A DNA stretch of 64,000 nucleotides, from contig OX638340.1 in assembly GCA_951812955.1 (NCBI GenBank), forward strand, positions 3,296,001 through 3,360,000. The letters are read 5' to 3'. Within the stretch, counting starts at the first letter, position 1, and each line of letters starts with the position of its first letter. Positions 21,812 through 30,874 of this stretch are shown in pieces. This DNA is from an uncultured Gemmatimonadota bacterium (GTDB taxonomy: Bacteria; JAAXHH01). Made by a program: the position numbers and the translations under genes. Under the pieces are notes generated by a model. The model ran no database searches, had not been told where the DNA came from, and saw nothing but the letters and a program-made list of their open reading frames with translations.

Positions 21812-23704
21812 ATGAAACGCTGGATACACAGCAGCCTCATCGCGTTGCTGCTTCTCATCACTCCATCCGTATCGGGGCAGGAGATCTCCGTCACCGCGGA
21901 GGTGAGCCGTAACCGAATGACGGTCGACGAAACACTGGTGCTGACTGTCTCGGTCTCCGGTTCCAATCTGGGCGACGTCCCGAAGCCCGTGTTGCCCGAC
22001 ATGCAGTCGTTCATCGTCATCGGCAGCACCTCCTCCACGTCCTCCAGCTTCAATCTGGTTAACGGGAAACTGTCCTCGTCCAAATCGGTCCGGTTCATCT
22101 ACCAGTTGAAGCCCCGGAATTCAGGGACCTTCGTCATCGACCCGGCAGAGGTGACTTACGACGGCGTCAAGCACGAAACCACGCCTATTTCGATAGAAGT
22201 TGCTCCGTCCGCCTCAGGCGCCGCGCCTGCGGCAGGAAACCGTGTCGCACCGGGGGGCGGTTCCCCTTCCTCGGCCATGGGTTCAATGCCGGATGACACG
22301 GCACAACCGGACCTGGGCGACGCAGTCTACATCCGGACCACCCTGGACAAGAAGCAGGCCTACGTGGGTGAGCAGGTAACGGTGACCTATACGCTATATA
22401 CCCGCCTGGGTCTTTCGAATGCGCGTTACGACGTAGTCCCCTCCTATACCGGTTTCTGGATGGAAGAGCAGTTTACCGCGCATCACCTCGATTTCATGGA
22501 AGAGATCATCGCCGGCCGGCGGTACGCCGTATCGAAACTGCGTCAGATCGCGTTGTTCCCCACCGTGACCGGGGAGCTGACCATCGACCCGTTGTCGATG
22601 GTCTGTGACGTACAGGGCGAAAGGTCCCGAAGAAGCCTCTTCGACAGCTTTCTCAACGATCCCTTCGATACGTTTTTCTCGAACACGCGCCAGGTCAGGG
22701 TGGCATCCGTGGAGCAGACCGTGCGGGTACTGCCATTGCCGGACGCGGGCCGCCCTGCCGGTTTCAGCAACGCGGTGGGCGATTTCTCACTCGAGGCGAC
22801 CGTGGATCAGGCCACCACCGAAGTAAACCAGCCAGTGACGCTGACGGTCGTGCTGGCCGGCGAGGGCAACCTGAAGACCGTGGAAGATCCCGTCCTGCCG
22901 CCGCTCGGGGTTTTCAATGAATACCAGTCCGGCAACAAGGCGGAATACGAGTCGGGCGGGTTGCGCATTTCCGGCACAAAAACCTGGGAACACGTGCTGA
23001 TCCCCACGGCCCCCGGCGAACACATCATCGCGCCGCTCGAATTTCCGTTTTTCAATCCCGATACGGATTCCTACCGGATTACGACAACCGATCCGGTAAC
23101 GGTAACCGTCCTGCCGGCCAGCGGAGTGCAGGCGGCTGCCGCCGTTATACCGCGCAAGACTCCCGTCCGGCAAATACGCAAGGATATACAATACATCAAA
23201 CCCGAAACGGTTTTCCTCGGCGACCAGGGAGAGGTTCTGTACCAGTCGTCCTGGTACCTGCTATTGCATGTCCTGCCCGTCGCGGCGGTCCTGGCCACGG
23301 TACTTTACAGGTCGCATGCCCATCGCCTCCGGCGCGACGCCGGTTATGCCCGCCGGCGACGGGCGAAAAGCAACGCCCTGGGCGAACTGAGGCAGTCCGG
23401 AGAGAAGCTGAAGCGGGATGCGCTCGACCAGGCCATCACCGGCATATCCAACGCGTTGTACGGTTATATCGCCGCCAGGTGCAATCTGCCGACGGCCGGC
23501 CTGACGTCGGCCCGCGTCGTCGAACTCCTCAGGGAACGAGGCGTGGACGAAGAGACGGTCGGTCTGGTCAGGGACTGCCTGGACTCCTGTGACCTGGCCC
23601 GTTTCGCCCGGACGGCGCATTCGGCCGAACACACCGAAAACCTTCTTGGCAGGGCACGGAACGGAATCGAATCCATCGAATCGCAGTTAAACGGTGACCG
23701 GTGA
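21812..23704 (+). CDS. batD: BatD (oxygen-tolerance protein)
   Basis: 630 aa, signal peptide, beta-rich ectodomain, TM near residue 470, cytoplasmic helical tail. Confidence 0.75.
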   Translation: MKRWIHSSLIALLLLITPSVSGQEISVTAEVSRNRMTVDETLVLTVSVSGSNLGDVPKPVLPDMQSFIVIGSTSSTSSSFNLVNGKLSSSKSVRFIYQLKPRNSGTFVIDPAEVTYDGVKHETTPISIEVAPSASGAAPAAGNRVAPGGGSPSSAMGSMPDDTAQPDLGDAVYIRTTLDKKQAYVGEQVTVTYTLYTRLGLSNARYDVVPSYTGFWMEEQFTAHHLDFMEEIIAGRRYAVSKLRQIALFPTVTGELTIDPLSMVCDVQGERSRRSLFDSFLNDPFDTFFSNTRQVRVASVEQTVRVLPLPDAGRPAGFSNAVGDFSLEATVDQATTEVNQPVTLTVVLAGEGNLKTVEDPVLPPLGVFNEYQSGNKAEYESGGLRISGTKTWEHVLIPTAPGEHIIAPLEFPFFNPDTDSYRITTTDPVTVTVLPASGVQAAAAVIPRKTPVRQIRKDIQYIKPETVFLGDQGEVLYQSSWYLLLHVLPVAAVLATVLYRSHAHRLRRDAGYARRRRAKSNALGELRQSGEKLKRDALDQAITGISNALYGYIAARCNLPTAGLTSARVVELLRERGVDEETVGLVRDCLDSCDLARFARTAHSAEHTENLLGRARNGIESIESQLNGDR

Positions 23705-24558
23705 AAGCCACTAAACCATCCAGCATGCGCGCAAAGGGCCAATTGAAAGCCGGCACGAACCCGCTGGGACGACCGGAAATCCAGGGTTTTCGCAACCTGG
23801 TCTCGGGGTTGATCGTGGCCGTTTTTGTCAGCGGTTTCGCGTCCGCGGGTTGCGCCGGGGAAACGGCAGACAGGCAGACCGTGGAGTTGTACCGGCAGGG
23901 CAACCTGCTCTACGAGGGCGGAAAGTATGCGGAAGCGAGCCGGACGTACGAACGCATCATCGAACGCGGTATACGTAATGGGCACGTGTACTACAATCTG
24001 GGCAACGCGTATTACAAACAGGACCAGATAGGCCGTGCCATCCTGGCCTACGAGAGGGCATCCCGGCTCATGCCCCGGGACGTGGATTTGAGGAGCAACC
24101 TGGACCTGGCCAACGAACGGACGACCGACCGTATAGCCGTGGACGTGCCCTGGTTCGGCAGGCAGGCGCTGGACGCGGTGACCGTGAACCAGGCCACGGC
24201 CGCTGCAACCGCGGCCGGGTTCCTCGCGTCGCTGGCCCTGGTGTTCTACCTGCTCGCTACACGGCCTCGTGCGCGGTCCGCCGCCGGTTACGCACTGCTG
24301 GCCACGAGCCTTGTCCTACTTATGGCCATCGGGTTCATAAGTATAAAAATATACGACGTTCTGGAGAACCGGAATGGTATCGTCCTGAGTCCGGCGGCCG
24401 TCGTCAGGACGAGTCCGGACGCTTCATCCGAACCGGTTTTCACCCTGCACGAAGGCGCAAAGGTCCAGTTGGTCGAACACCGGGACGAATGGACGAGAAT
24501 CCGCCTGCCGGACGGCAAAAACGGTTGGCTTTCCCGGGAAGACCTGGAAGGCATCTGA
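23701..24558 (+). CDS. batE: BatE, TPR + SH3b-domain membrane protein
   Basis: TPR (YYNLGNAYYKQDQIGRAILAYERA), TM, C-terminal SH3b-like domain (GWLSREDLEG). GTG start overlaps the batD stop. Confidence 0.7.
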   Translation: MKATKPSSMRAKGQLKAGTNPLGRPEIQGFRNLVSGLIVAVFVSGFASAGCAGETADRQTVELYRQGNLLYEGGKYAEASRTYERIIERGIRNGHVYYNLGNAYYKQDQIGRAILAYERASRLMPRDVDLRSNLDLANERTTDRIAVDVPWFGRQALDAVTVNQATAAATAAGFLASLALVFYLLATRPRARSAAGYALLATSLVLLMAIGFISIKIYDVLENRNGIVLSPAAVVRTSPDASSEPVFTLHEGAKVQLVEHRDEWTRIRLPDGKNGWLSREDLEGI

Positions 24559-24621
24559 CCCGCGACGGGACAGCGTAACCATTTTATAGTTTCGAACCCG
24601 GAAGCAGAACGGTGAGGCCCA

Positions 24622-25818
24622 ATGTTTACAGCTATATCAGGACCGCAGACCTGCCGCATCGATCCCAGAGACCGGGACTACTGGGCCGAGGTACGTTCCC
24701 GGTTCATCCTGGAACCGGGTCACGCCTATCTCAACAACGCCGCACTGGGCATGCCCCCAAAACCCGTTCAGGACTCCGTCGCCGAGGGCTTTCGGCTGAT
24801 GTCCGAAAACCCATCGAAGGCCAAGCGGGTGTTCCACGACTACATCGAAGGAGAACTCAGGCCGGCCATGACCGGGTTTCTGCGTGCGAAGACCGGTGAA
24901 ATCGCCCTGGCTCGCAACGCGACAGAGGGCCTCTACCATATCATAAACGGCCTGGACCTGGCGCCCGGTGACCGCATCCTGATGACTACGCAGGAGCATC
25001 CCAGCGCCGTGCGGCCCTGGAAGGTCAGGTCGGAAAGGGACGGGATCGAGATCAGGGAGGTCCATATCCCCAGTCCGCTGGCCGGTGAAGACGATATCCT
25101 GGAACGCATTTCCGAGGCGATAGACGAACGGGTGAAAGTGCTCTTCTTCTGTCACGTCACCCGAGGGGGATACCTGTATCCGGTCAAACGACTTTGCGCT
25201 TTGGCCAGGGAGCGGGGATTGATTACGGCCATAGACGGCGCCCAGGCGGTGGGGATGATGGACGTCGACCTGACGGAAATAGACTGCGACATGTACACCA
25301 ACAGCCTGCACAAGTGGTTTCTCGGTCCGGCCGGTACCGGGTTTCTATACGTCAACCACGCCATGCAGCCATCTTTCAGCTCATTGTACGCGCCGGCATC
25401 CGAACCCGGCGGGGACGCCCGTCACTACGAGATCCAGGGGACCTACGATCTGCCCGTGCGCGCGGCGCTCGGCACCGCACTGGACTTCCTGAACCGAATC
25501 GGTATAGACAACATAGAGCGGCGACTGCGCATGCTGTCGGATTACCTGAGAAAAGCCCTCCTGGACATCCCCCGGCTGCGGCTGCTCACCAGCCTGTCCC
25601 ACGACATATCGTCGCCAGGTTCCACCATCTTCGAGTTCGACGGAATCAATGCGGCGCGGTGGCGCGGTCCCCTGGAGGAGGAAGCGAATCTCCACGTGGA
25701 CGACCACGACCGGGACGGTCACCGGGGCATCCGGATCTCGACCCACTACTACAACACAACGGACGAAATCGACCGGTGCGTGGACAAGTTAAAAGAAATG
25801 CTAAGGCGGGAAGGTTAG
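24622..25818 (+). CDS. Aminotransferase class V-fold PLP-dependent enzyme
   Basis: SLHKWFLGPAGTGFLYV PLP-lysine region, 398 aa. Confidence 0.8.
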   Translation: MFTAISGPQTCRIDPRDRDYWAEVRSRFILEPGHAYLNNAALGMPPKPVQDSVAEGFRLMSENPSKAKRVFHDYIEGELRPAMTGFLRAKTGEIALARNATEGLYHIINGLDLAPGDRILMTTQEHPSAVRPWKVRSERDGIEIREVHIPSPLAGEDDILERISEAIDERVKVLFFCHVTRGGYLYPVKRLCALARERGLITAIDGAQAVGMMDVDLTEIDCDMYTNSLHKWFLGPAGTGFLYVNHAMQPSFSSLYAPASEPGGDARHYEIQGTYDLPVRAALGTALDFLNRIGIDNIERRLRMLSDYLRKALLDIPRLRLLTSLSHDISSPGSTIFEFDGINAARWRGPLEEEANLHVDDHDRDGHRGIRISTHYYNTTDEIDRCVDKLKEMLRREG

Positions 25819-25851
25819 GAAGGCGTGGAGGTTTTCAGCCGGTCTTACGGT

Positions 25852-25943
25852 AGCCTGAGCATCGCGCCGTGCGCAGCCTGAGCGTCGCGCCAACGGCAGT
25901 GTAAGCATCGCGCCAACGGCAGTGTAAGCATCGCGCCGCCGAC
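25852..25943. repeat. 23-bp tandem repeat x4 between convergent genes
   Basis: agcctgagcatcgcgccgtgcgc / agcctgagcgtcgcgccaacggc / agtgtaagcatcgcgccaacggc / agtgtaagcatcgcgccgccgac. Confidence 0.8.
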
Positions 25944-26663
25944 TCAGTCCCCGTACCCCAGTTCCGCCAGCGCTTCGCCCAGCAGGTCCAGCTGAAGATC
26001 GCCGCCTGCCTTCTTCCAACGGCCCACGGCCTCGGGTCGTACGACGATCCGGCTCAGGGGAATGCCGAGAAAGGCTTCGAGTCGGAGAAGCGTCTCCTCC
26101 TGTTTCAGCACGAAGTCTTCAAACCGGACAGTAATGAGATGGCCGGGGTTCGGCGTGGCCTTCATGAGCTGGTACTGGTACAGCCAGGAAATTGCCCTCT
26201 GCCGCCGGATGTTCTCCGTGGCGGGATACGCAATTCCGAAATCTCCAAGATCGTCCGTCCTGTGCGGGGCAAGGATGCCGTCCCTCGGATCCCGGATCCA
26301 GTGAATGTAGCGGATATCGGGAAACATGCGGACGATCCAGGGATAGATGAGCGTGGTCTCCGGCAGTTTCCAACCGCGGCAGGGGTTTCCGTTTTCCATC
26401 ACGTCCGCCAGGTACGATTCCACCTTCTCCACGAATGACGAATCGATATCCATCTCCATCACCCGAGAGAAATCCCAGGATAGACCGCCCTCCCACCGGA
26501 CGTACCCGGCGAAGATCCGGCAGGCGTCGTACAGGTCGCCAGGCGGTACTTTGTCGCCCGACGTATTGATCGTCCTGCCCATGAACACGCCGCTGGTATA
26601 GAGCGTGTGCGACATGGCTCTCGTTCCGGAATGTCCCCGGCCTATGATGGTGACGATGGGCAT
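25944..26663 (-). CDS. Sulfotransferase-family protein
   Basis: N-terminal P-loop-like 5'-PSB motif IIGRGHSGTR; 239 aa. Confidence 0.65.
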   Translation of the reverse strand: MPIVTIIGRGHSGTRAMSHTLYTSGVFMGRTINTSGDKVPPGDLYDACRIFAGYVRWEGGLSWDFSRVMEMDIDSSFVEKVESYLADVMENGNPCRGWKLPETTLIYPWIVRMFPDIRYIHWIRDPRDGILAPHRTDDLGDFGIAYPATENIRRQRAISWLYQYQLMKATPNPGHLITVRFEDFVLKQEETLLRLEAFLGIPLSRIVVRPEAVGRWKKAGGDLQLDLLGEALAELGYGD

Positions 26664-26702
26664 GACGGTAACCTGACTGCGATCGATTCGCGTTCTGCCG
26701 GG

Positions 26703-27386
26703 TCAGACCCTGATCGTGGACATGGTGATATGCCCGTCGAAACACAGGTCGACATCACTGCCTGTCTTCCGGGGTCGTTCGTGGTAGACCCCGGTATGTA
26801 AATACCCGTTCCCTTCGGCGGTGAACGTGTTCTTGAAGGGGCTGGTATCCACGGGGGCGGTTCTCGTTTCCAACCGGGTCTCTCCGTGATCCGGGTGGGG
26901 CAGGTTGATGTTGAGGAAGCATCCCGCATCCAGGTTCTGGCGAAACAGGCGTTCCAGGACCGGCTGCAGGCGTGCAGCGGCCAGCTGCCAGTCGACCGGG
27001 CGGTCGTCTATGGTGTAGTGAGAGAGCGCCATGGCCTTGCAGCCGTGGAAAACGGCCTCCCTGGCGGCGGCCACGGTGCCGGATTCGTAGACGTCCACCC
27101 CGAGATTGGCCCCGTGGTTGATGCCCGAAAGCACCCAGTCCCCATCGACCGCAAGCTCGTTGAGCGCCAGGCGCGCGCAGTCGGCCGGCGTCCCCCATAC
27201 CCTGTAACGGTTCTCCGAGAGAGCATCCACCCGGATGGGCCGGTTGTTGGTCAACTGGTGGCTGATACCGGACTGATGTTCCGCCGGTGCAACGACGACC
27301 ACGTCGCCCCACCGGGATGCAAGGCGGGCGAGGGTCAGCAGACCCTGCGCCTCAATGCCGTCGTCGTTGGTTACGATCAATTTCAC
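26703..27386 (-). CDS. surE: 5'/3'-nucleotidase SurE
   Basis: MKLIVTNDDGIEAQGL ... SGINHGANLG. Confidence 0.9.
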   Translation of the reverse strand: MKLIVTNDDGIEAQGLLTLARLASRWGDVVVVAPAEHQSGISHQLTNNRPIRVDALSENRYRVWGTPADCARLALNELAVDGDWVLSGINHGANLGVDVYESGTVAAAREAVFHGCKAMALSHYTIDDRPVDWQLAAARLQPVLERLFRQNLDAGCFLNINLPHPDHGETRLETRTAPVDTSPFKNTFTAEGNGYLHTGVYHERPRKTGSDVDLCFDGHITMSTIRV

Positions 27387-27392
27387 CGCGGC

Positions 27393-27611
27393 CTACTTGC
27401 CCTGTGTGATCGAAGTTCCGGAAGGATTATAATGCGATCGGGATGTGGTCGAAGTGCGGGGAGCATCCGTTCCCTGACGGTTCCAGGTACCATTTATTCG
27501 GCGCCAGCAGGGATAGATCAGGCGGAAAACCGGGTAGATGACGATGATGGCGATTCCGCCGCTGATCCACTGGATGAAACGGGCAAGGAGCAGGTTGTTC
27601 TTTTTTCTCAT
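27393..27611 (-). CDS. Small hypothetical membrane protein
   Basis: 72 aa with an N-terminal hydrophobic helix; sits between SurE and the PspC gene. Confidence 0.3.
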   Translation of the reverse strand: MRKKNNLLLARFIQWISGGIAIIVIYPVFRLIYPCWRRINGTWNRQGTDAPRTSTTSRSHYNPSGTSITQGK

Positions 27612-27775
27612 GTAGATTACACACGGGTTGTCGAACTTGCGAAAACAAAAAACGACCGGTCCATGGTGCCGACTGATCGTGGATTATCTTAGTCGATTTT
27701 GTACCGGTTGTCAAGCCCGATCACACGGCCGCAGTCGAAGCGAGAGGTCGGCCGGGTGATAAAAGACGCCGCGAT

Positions 27776-28696
27776 CTACGCGTCTTGGGCGGGACGCTCG
27801 GGACGACCCTCGGGCATGACAAATGCCATGAAAAGGTAGATCAGCGTAACCATTCCCACGGAAAAGAGAAAAGCGATGAAGAACCCGATGCGTACGAGGG
27901 TGGGATCCAGATCGAACGCATCCGCGAGGCCGTTGCACACGCCGAAGATCTTTTTGCCTTCCCGTAACCGGTACAGTCGTCGATGTCTGAAGACCTCCAT
28001 GATTTGTCCTCTGAAAACGATCAGGATGAATACCGCCGCGCCAATGGCCACGATGGGTACCATCGGAAGAATGAAGGAGAATCGTCCGAATTCCGGTGTG
28101 TATGAATAGGTCAGCACCATCACGGCCAACAGCGTCAGCAAGATACCCCAGACCATGCTGTTGTTCTGAGTGGTACTCCGGTATCCCTTGCCGGCCTGTT
28201 TCGCCTGATCCGCCTGTTCGGTCTGGCCGGCTTGGTCCACCTGTTCGGCCTGTTTCGCTTGTTCGGTCTGGCCGGCTTGGTCCGCCTGTTCGGTCTGGCC
28301 GGCTTGGTCCGCCTGTGCCTTCTGATCCACGTGGTCCACCTGTTTAACCTGGTCCACCTGGGTCACCTGGTCCGCGAGGACCTTCCGGGCCGCCCGATCT
28401 CCCTCATCCGCCAGGTCTGCCTGGACTTTCCGGACCGCCTGGTCCGCCTGTCCGGAGCCTGGAGGCGAGCCGGCCGCGGCCGCGGAAGCCGGGACCGGAT
28501 TCCGGGGTATGATGAAAATGCAAACCAGATACGCCAGAAAGACAAAAGGTCCAAAGACGGGCAATGTAATCACCGTGAAGGCGACCATGGCGATCCGGAG
28601 TACGGAGGGATCCACGTCGAAGTATTCGGCCAGTCCACCGCAGATGCCGCTGATCATCCGGTTGGATGTGGATCTGTAGAGAGTTTTCTCAGGCAT
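27776..28696 (-). CDS. Tandem PspC-domain membrane protein with a central Gln/Ala/Asp-rich repeat
   Basis: Two PspC motifs: RSTSNRMISGICGGLAEYFDVDPSVLRIAMV and GKKIFGVCNGLADAFDLDPTLVRIGFF. Start assigned to MPEKTLYR; the upstream Arg-rich extension is judged non-coding. Confidence 0.7.
   Translation of the reverse strand: MPEKTLYRSTSNRMISGICGGLAEYFDVDPSVLRIAMVAFTVITLPVFGPFVFLAYLVCIFIIPRNPVPASAAAAGSPPGSGQADQAVRKVQADLADEGDRAARKVLADQVTQVDQVKQVDHVDQKAQADQAGQTEQADQAGQTEQAKQAEQVDQAGQTEQADQAKQAGKGYRSTTQNNSMVWGILLTLLAVMVLTYSYTPEFGRFSFILPMVPIVAIGAAVFILIVFRGQIMEVFRHRRLYRLREGKKIFGVCNGLADAFDLDPTLVRIGFFIAFLFSVGMVTLIYLFMAFVMPEGRPERPAQDA
28196..28380. repeat. In-frame degenerate 30-45 bp tandem repeats inside the PspC gene
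   Basis: Repeated cctgttcggtctggccggcttggtcc units encode (QADQAGQTEQ)n. Confidence 0.7.
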
Positions 28697-28701
28697 GGTC
28701 G

Positions 28702-29196
28702 CTAAACCTTGTCTTTTCCTGCCGTTGCCCGTCCTTCGACACCGGGGGCATCGCCTCCGGGAGCAACGACACCGGGAGCATCGCCGGCCGGTCCCGGTGG
28801 AAGGGCTTCCTGCTCTTTTGCCCTGTTGCGCAGCAACCTGGCGCGTATAATAAGGCCGAGGCCCACGAACAGCAGGGCGAAGCCGAAGAACTCCGCATCG
28901 CTCGCGATGACCGTGGCCAGGCCTATGCCCACCAGGAGTACCACGGCCAGGGAGGGTACGCCGGACTCGCGCTTCCTGGCTTCGATGAATATCCCTTTCT
29001 CGATCATAGCCAACCGTTCCAGGTGCCGGATTTCCCTGCCCCTTTTCAGATACCCCAGCAATGCGCAGAAGACGCCCAGCCCGAAGGGAATGGCAACGGC
29101 AACAATGGCTGCGCCTTGGTAGTCCAGGTTTGCGAGGACGACGACCATGATGCACACGCTCAGAAACATTACCGCCCAGGCTTTCCAGCTATCCAT
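28702..29196 (-). CDS. Hypothetical 4-TM membrane protein upstream of and co-oriented with the PspC gene
   Basis: 164 aa, four hydrophobic helices; ends 6 nt before the PspC start. Confidence 0.55.
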   Translation of the reverse strand: MDSWKAWAVMFLSVCIMVVVLANLDYQGAAIVAVAIPFGLGVFCALLGYLKRGREIRHLERLAMIEKGIFIEARKRESGVPSLAVVLLVGIGLATVIASDAEFFGFALLFVGLGLIIRARLLRNRAKEQEALPPGPAGDAPGVVAPGGDAPGVEGRATAGKDKV

Positions 29197-29285
29197 AAAC
29201 CGCCTCCGATACGAGATCGTTCACAGGACTTCCAGCCCTCACTCATTATCCCCTCATGATTTCGACACGGAATCCGGTCGTTTTG

Positions 29286-29300
29286 TTTCAGATTCTGAAA
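29286..29300. promoter_or_regulatory. Perfect palindrome TTTCAGA-T-TCTGAAA in the divergent promoter region
   Basis: Read directly from the AT-rich 280-bp spacer between the membrane-protein gene and the ECF sigma gene. Confidence 0.35.
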
Positions 29301-29484
29301 TTTAAATCGATTTGACGTGATTGCCATCAGAAAAACATGACCGTGATCTGAAACATTTGTAGATTCCCATTAGTCTTACTCATGAGAGGGATACCGACCC
29401 GGGATCTCTTAAAGGGGTCGAATCAGTCCGGCGAAACGGCCCTGTACGCGGCTGAGACTCGCTTGAGGCAGAATGAGGCGACCC

Positions 29485-30072
29485 ATGGATTTGAGCGATG
29501 AGGAACTCGTCGCAAGGGCCAGGGACGGGGACAGATCGGCCTTCGCCGGTCTCGTCGACAGGCATAGTGTATCGGTGTTCAACCTGACACTGCGGATCGT
29601 AGGGAACAGGGAAGACGCGGAAGAGGCTGCCCAGGATGTATTTGTCCGGGCTTACAGGAATCTCGGCAGGTTTCGCGGAGACGCAAGATTCTCTACCTGG
29701 CTTTATCGAATCGCCGTGAACGTAAGCCTGAGTTCGGCGCGGCGTTCCCGTCGGGACCTTTCCACGACATCCCTGTCTGGATCGGAAGACGAAGATGAAG
29801 GATTGCCGTTGCAGTTGCCGGATCTGTCGGCGAATCCCGCGGAGCGGTTCGAACAGGCCGAATTCAGGGAACAGGTCAGGAATATGGTGGCGGCACTGCC
29901 GCCTATTTACAGCGCGGTGATTTCGATGTATCATATGCAAAGCCTGTCTTACGACGAGATATCCGAAGCGCTGGAATTGCCGATCGGCACGGTCAAGGCG
30001 CGGCTTTTTCGTGCACGCGCCGCATTGAGGAAACTGATTTATCGGTCCATCGAGCCCGATACGCTGAGTTAA
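29485..30072 (+). CDS. ECF-family RNA polymerase sigma factor
   Basis: Region 2 (FSTWLYRIAVN) and region 4 (LSYDEISEALELPIGTVKARLFRAR). Confidence 0.85.
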   Translation: MDLSDEELVARARDGDRSAFAGLVDRHSVSVFNLTLRIVGNREDAEEAAQDVFVRAYRNLGRFRGDARFSTWLYRIAVNVSLSSARRSRRDLSTTSLSGSEDEDEGLPLQLPDLSANPAERFEQAEFREQVRNMVAALPPIYSAVISMYHMQSLSYDEISEALELPIGTVKARLFRARAALRKLIYRSIEPDTLS

Positions 30073-30102
30073 CGCGAACTGGCGTCCCAGGAGTAGAAGG
30101 CA

Positions 30103-30678
30103 ATGAACTGCGAGTCTACCCAAAGAATGCTCTATGAGGCGGTCGACCGGGCGCTTACATCGGATGAGCGCCGTCTGGTGGACGCCCATCTTTCGGCCTG
30201 CGAACGCTGCAGATCGGAAGTGGCGGTCCTCGACGCAATGATCGAGACGGTCGAAACGACCCCCCTGTCAAGTCCCTCCGAAGCCTTCCTTACAAACGTG
30301 ATGGACAGCCTCCCCGCGCCCAGGCAATCCCTGTCCGTGCCATCCCTGTTCATCCCCCGGATGGTATTTGCCGCTACGTTGGCGGCCGCTGCGCTGGTCT
30401 GGCTATACCGCGCCATGTTTGTCGAAATCGTGGAGAATCTCCTGCCCGTTCAGACAGTTATCGGTCCGGTGACGACCGTGTTTCGCGACACCCAGGCCTA
30501 TTTGCAGTCGCAGGCCGGCGCCGTCCTTGCCCGTCTCCCGGAACAGGTATCCAACTCGGTTGAGTGGGGTTCCATGCTGCTGGTTGTCACCACCCTGGCA
30601 GTCGGTTATGTACTGGTACGCACGGCCGAGAAACTGGATGTGGGCGGTTCGCGCTTCGAGATCGGCAGACGGACCTGA
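30103..30678 (+). CDS. Zinc-finger (zf-HC2) anti-sigma factor, single-pass membrane
   Basis: HLSACERC motif, central TM; immediately downstream of the ECF sigma. Confidence 0.7.
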   Translation: MNCESTQRMLYEAVDRALTSDERRLVDAHLSACERCRSEVAVLDAMIETVETTPLSSPSEAFLTNVMDSLPAPRQSLSVPSLFIPRMVFAATLAAAALVWLYRAMFVEIVENLLPVQTVIGPVTTVFRDTQAYLQSQAGAVLARLPEQVSNSVEWGSMLLVVTTLAVGYVLVRTAEKLDVGGSRFEIGRRT

Positions 30679-30812
30679 AAAGCGCGCTCGAGCAGTCGGC
30701 ATTTCCATTGCCCCGCGGCCATGGAAACCCTCGCTCCGCACCCTCGAACCGGACCCTTCGAATCCCGCATACCTGTTGACATTCCGCGCATTTCCCCTTT
30801 TATTCCAACCTG

Positions 30813-30829
30813 TTGCATACGGTATGCAA
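30813..30829. promoter_or_regulatory. Palindrome TTGCATAC-G-GTATGCAA upstream of lepA
   Basis: Perfect 8-bp arms; a TTGACA -35-like hexamer lies about 45 bp upstream. Confidence 0.3.
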
Positions 30830-30874
30830 CGAGGCGGCATCGCCCTGTTTACCGGAAGACCCGGCGGGACCTTC

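Noticed and set aside
25852-25943. Possible CRISPR array
   Set aside because: The units are directly tandem with no spacers, only 4 copies, 23 bp. The other repeat loci are likewise spacer-less.
27711-29155. Long 459-aa form of the PspC ORF and overlapping small ORF 27711-27938
   Set aside because: The Cys/Arg-rich N-terminal extension overlaps the independently supported 4-TM gene (28702-29196) in another frame. The ATG at 28696 yields a clean PspC N-terminus.
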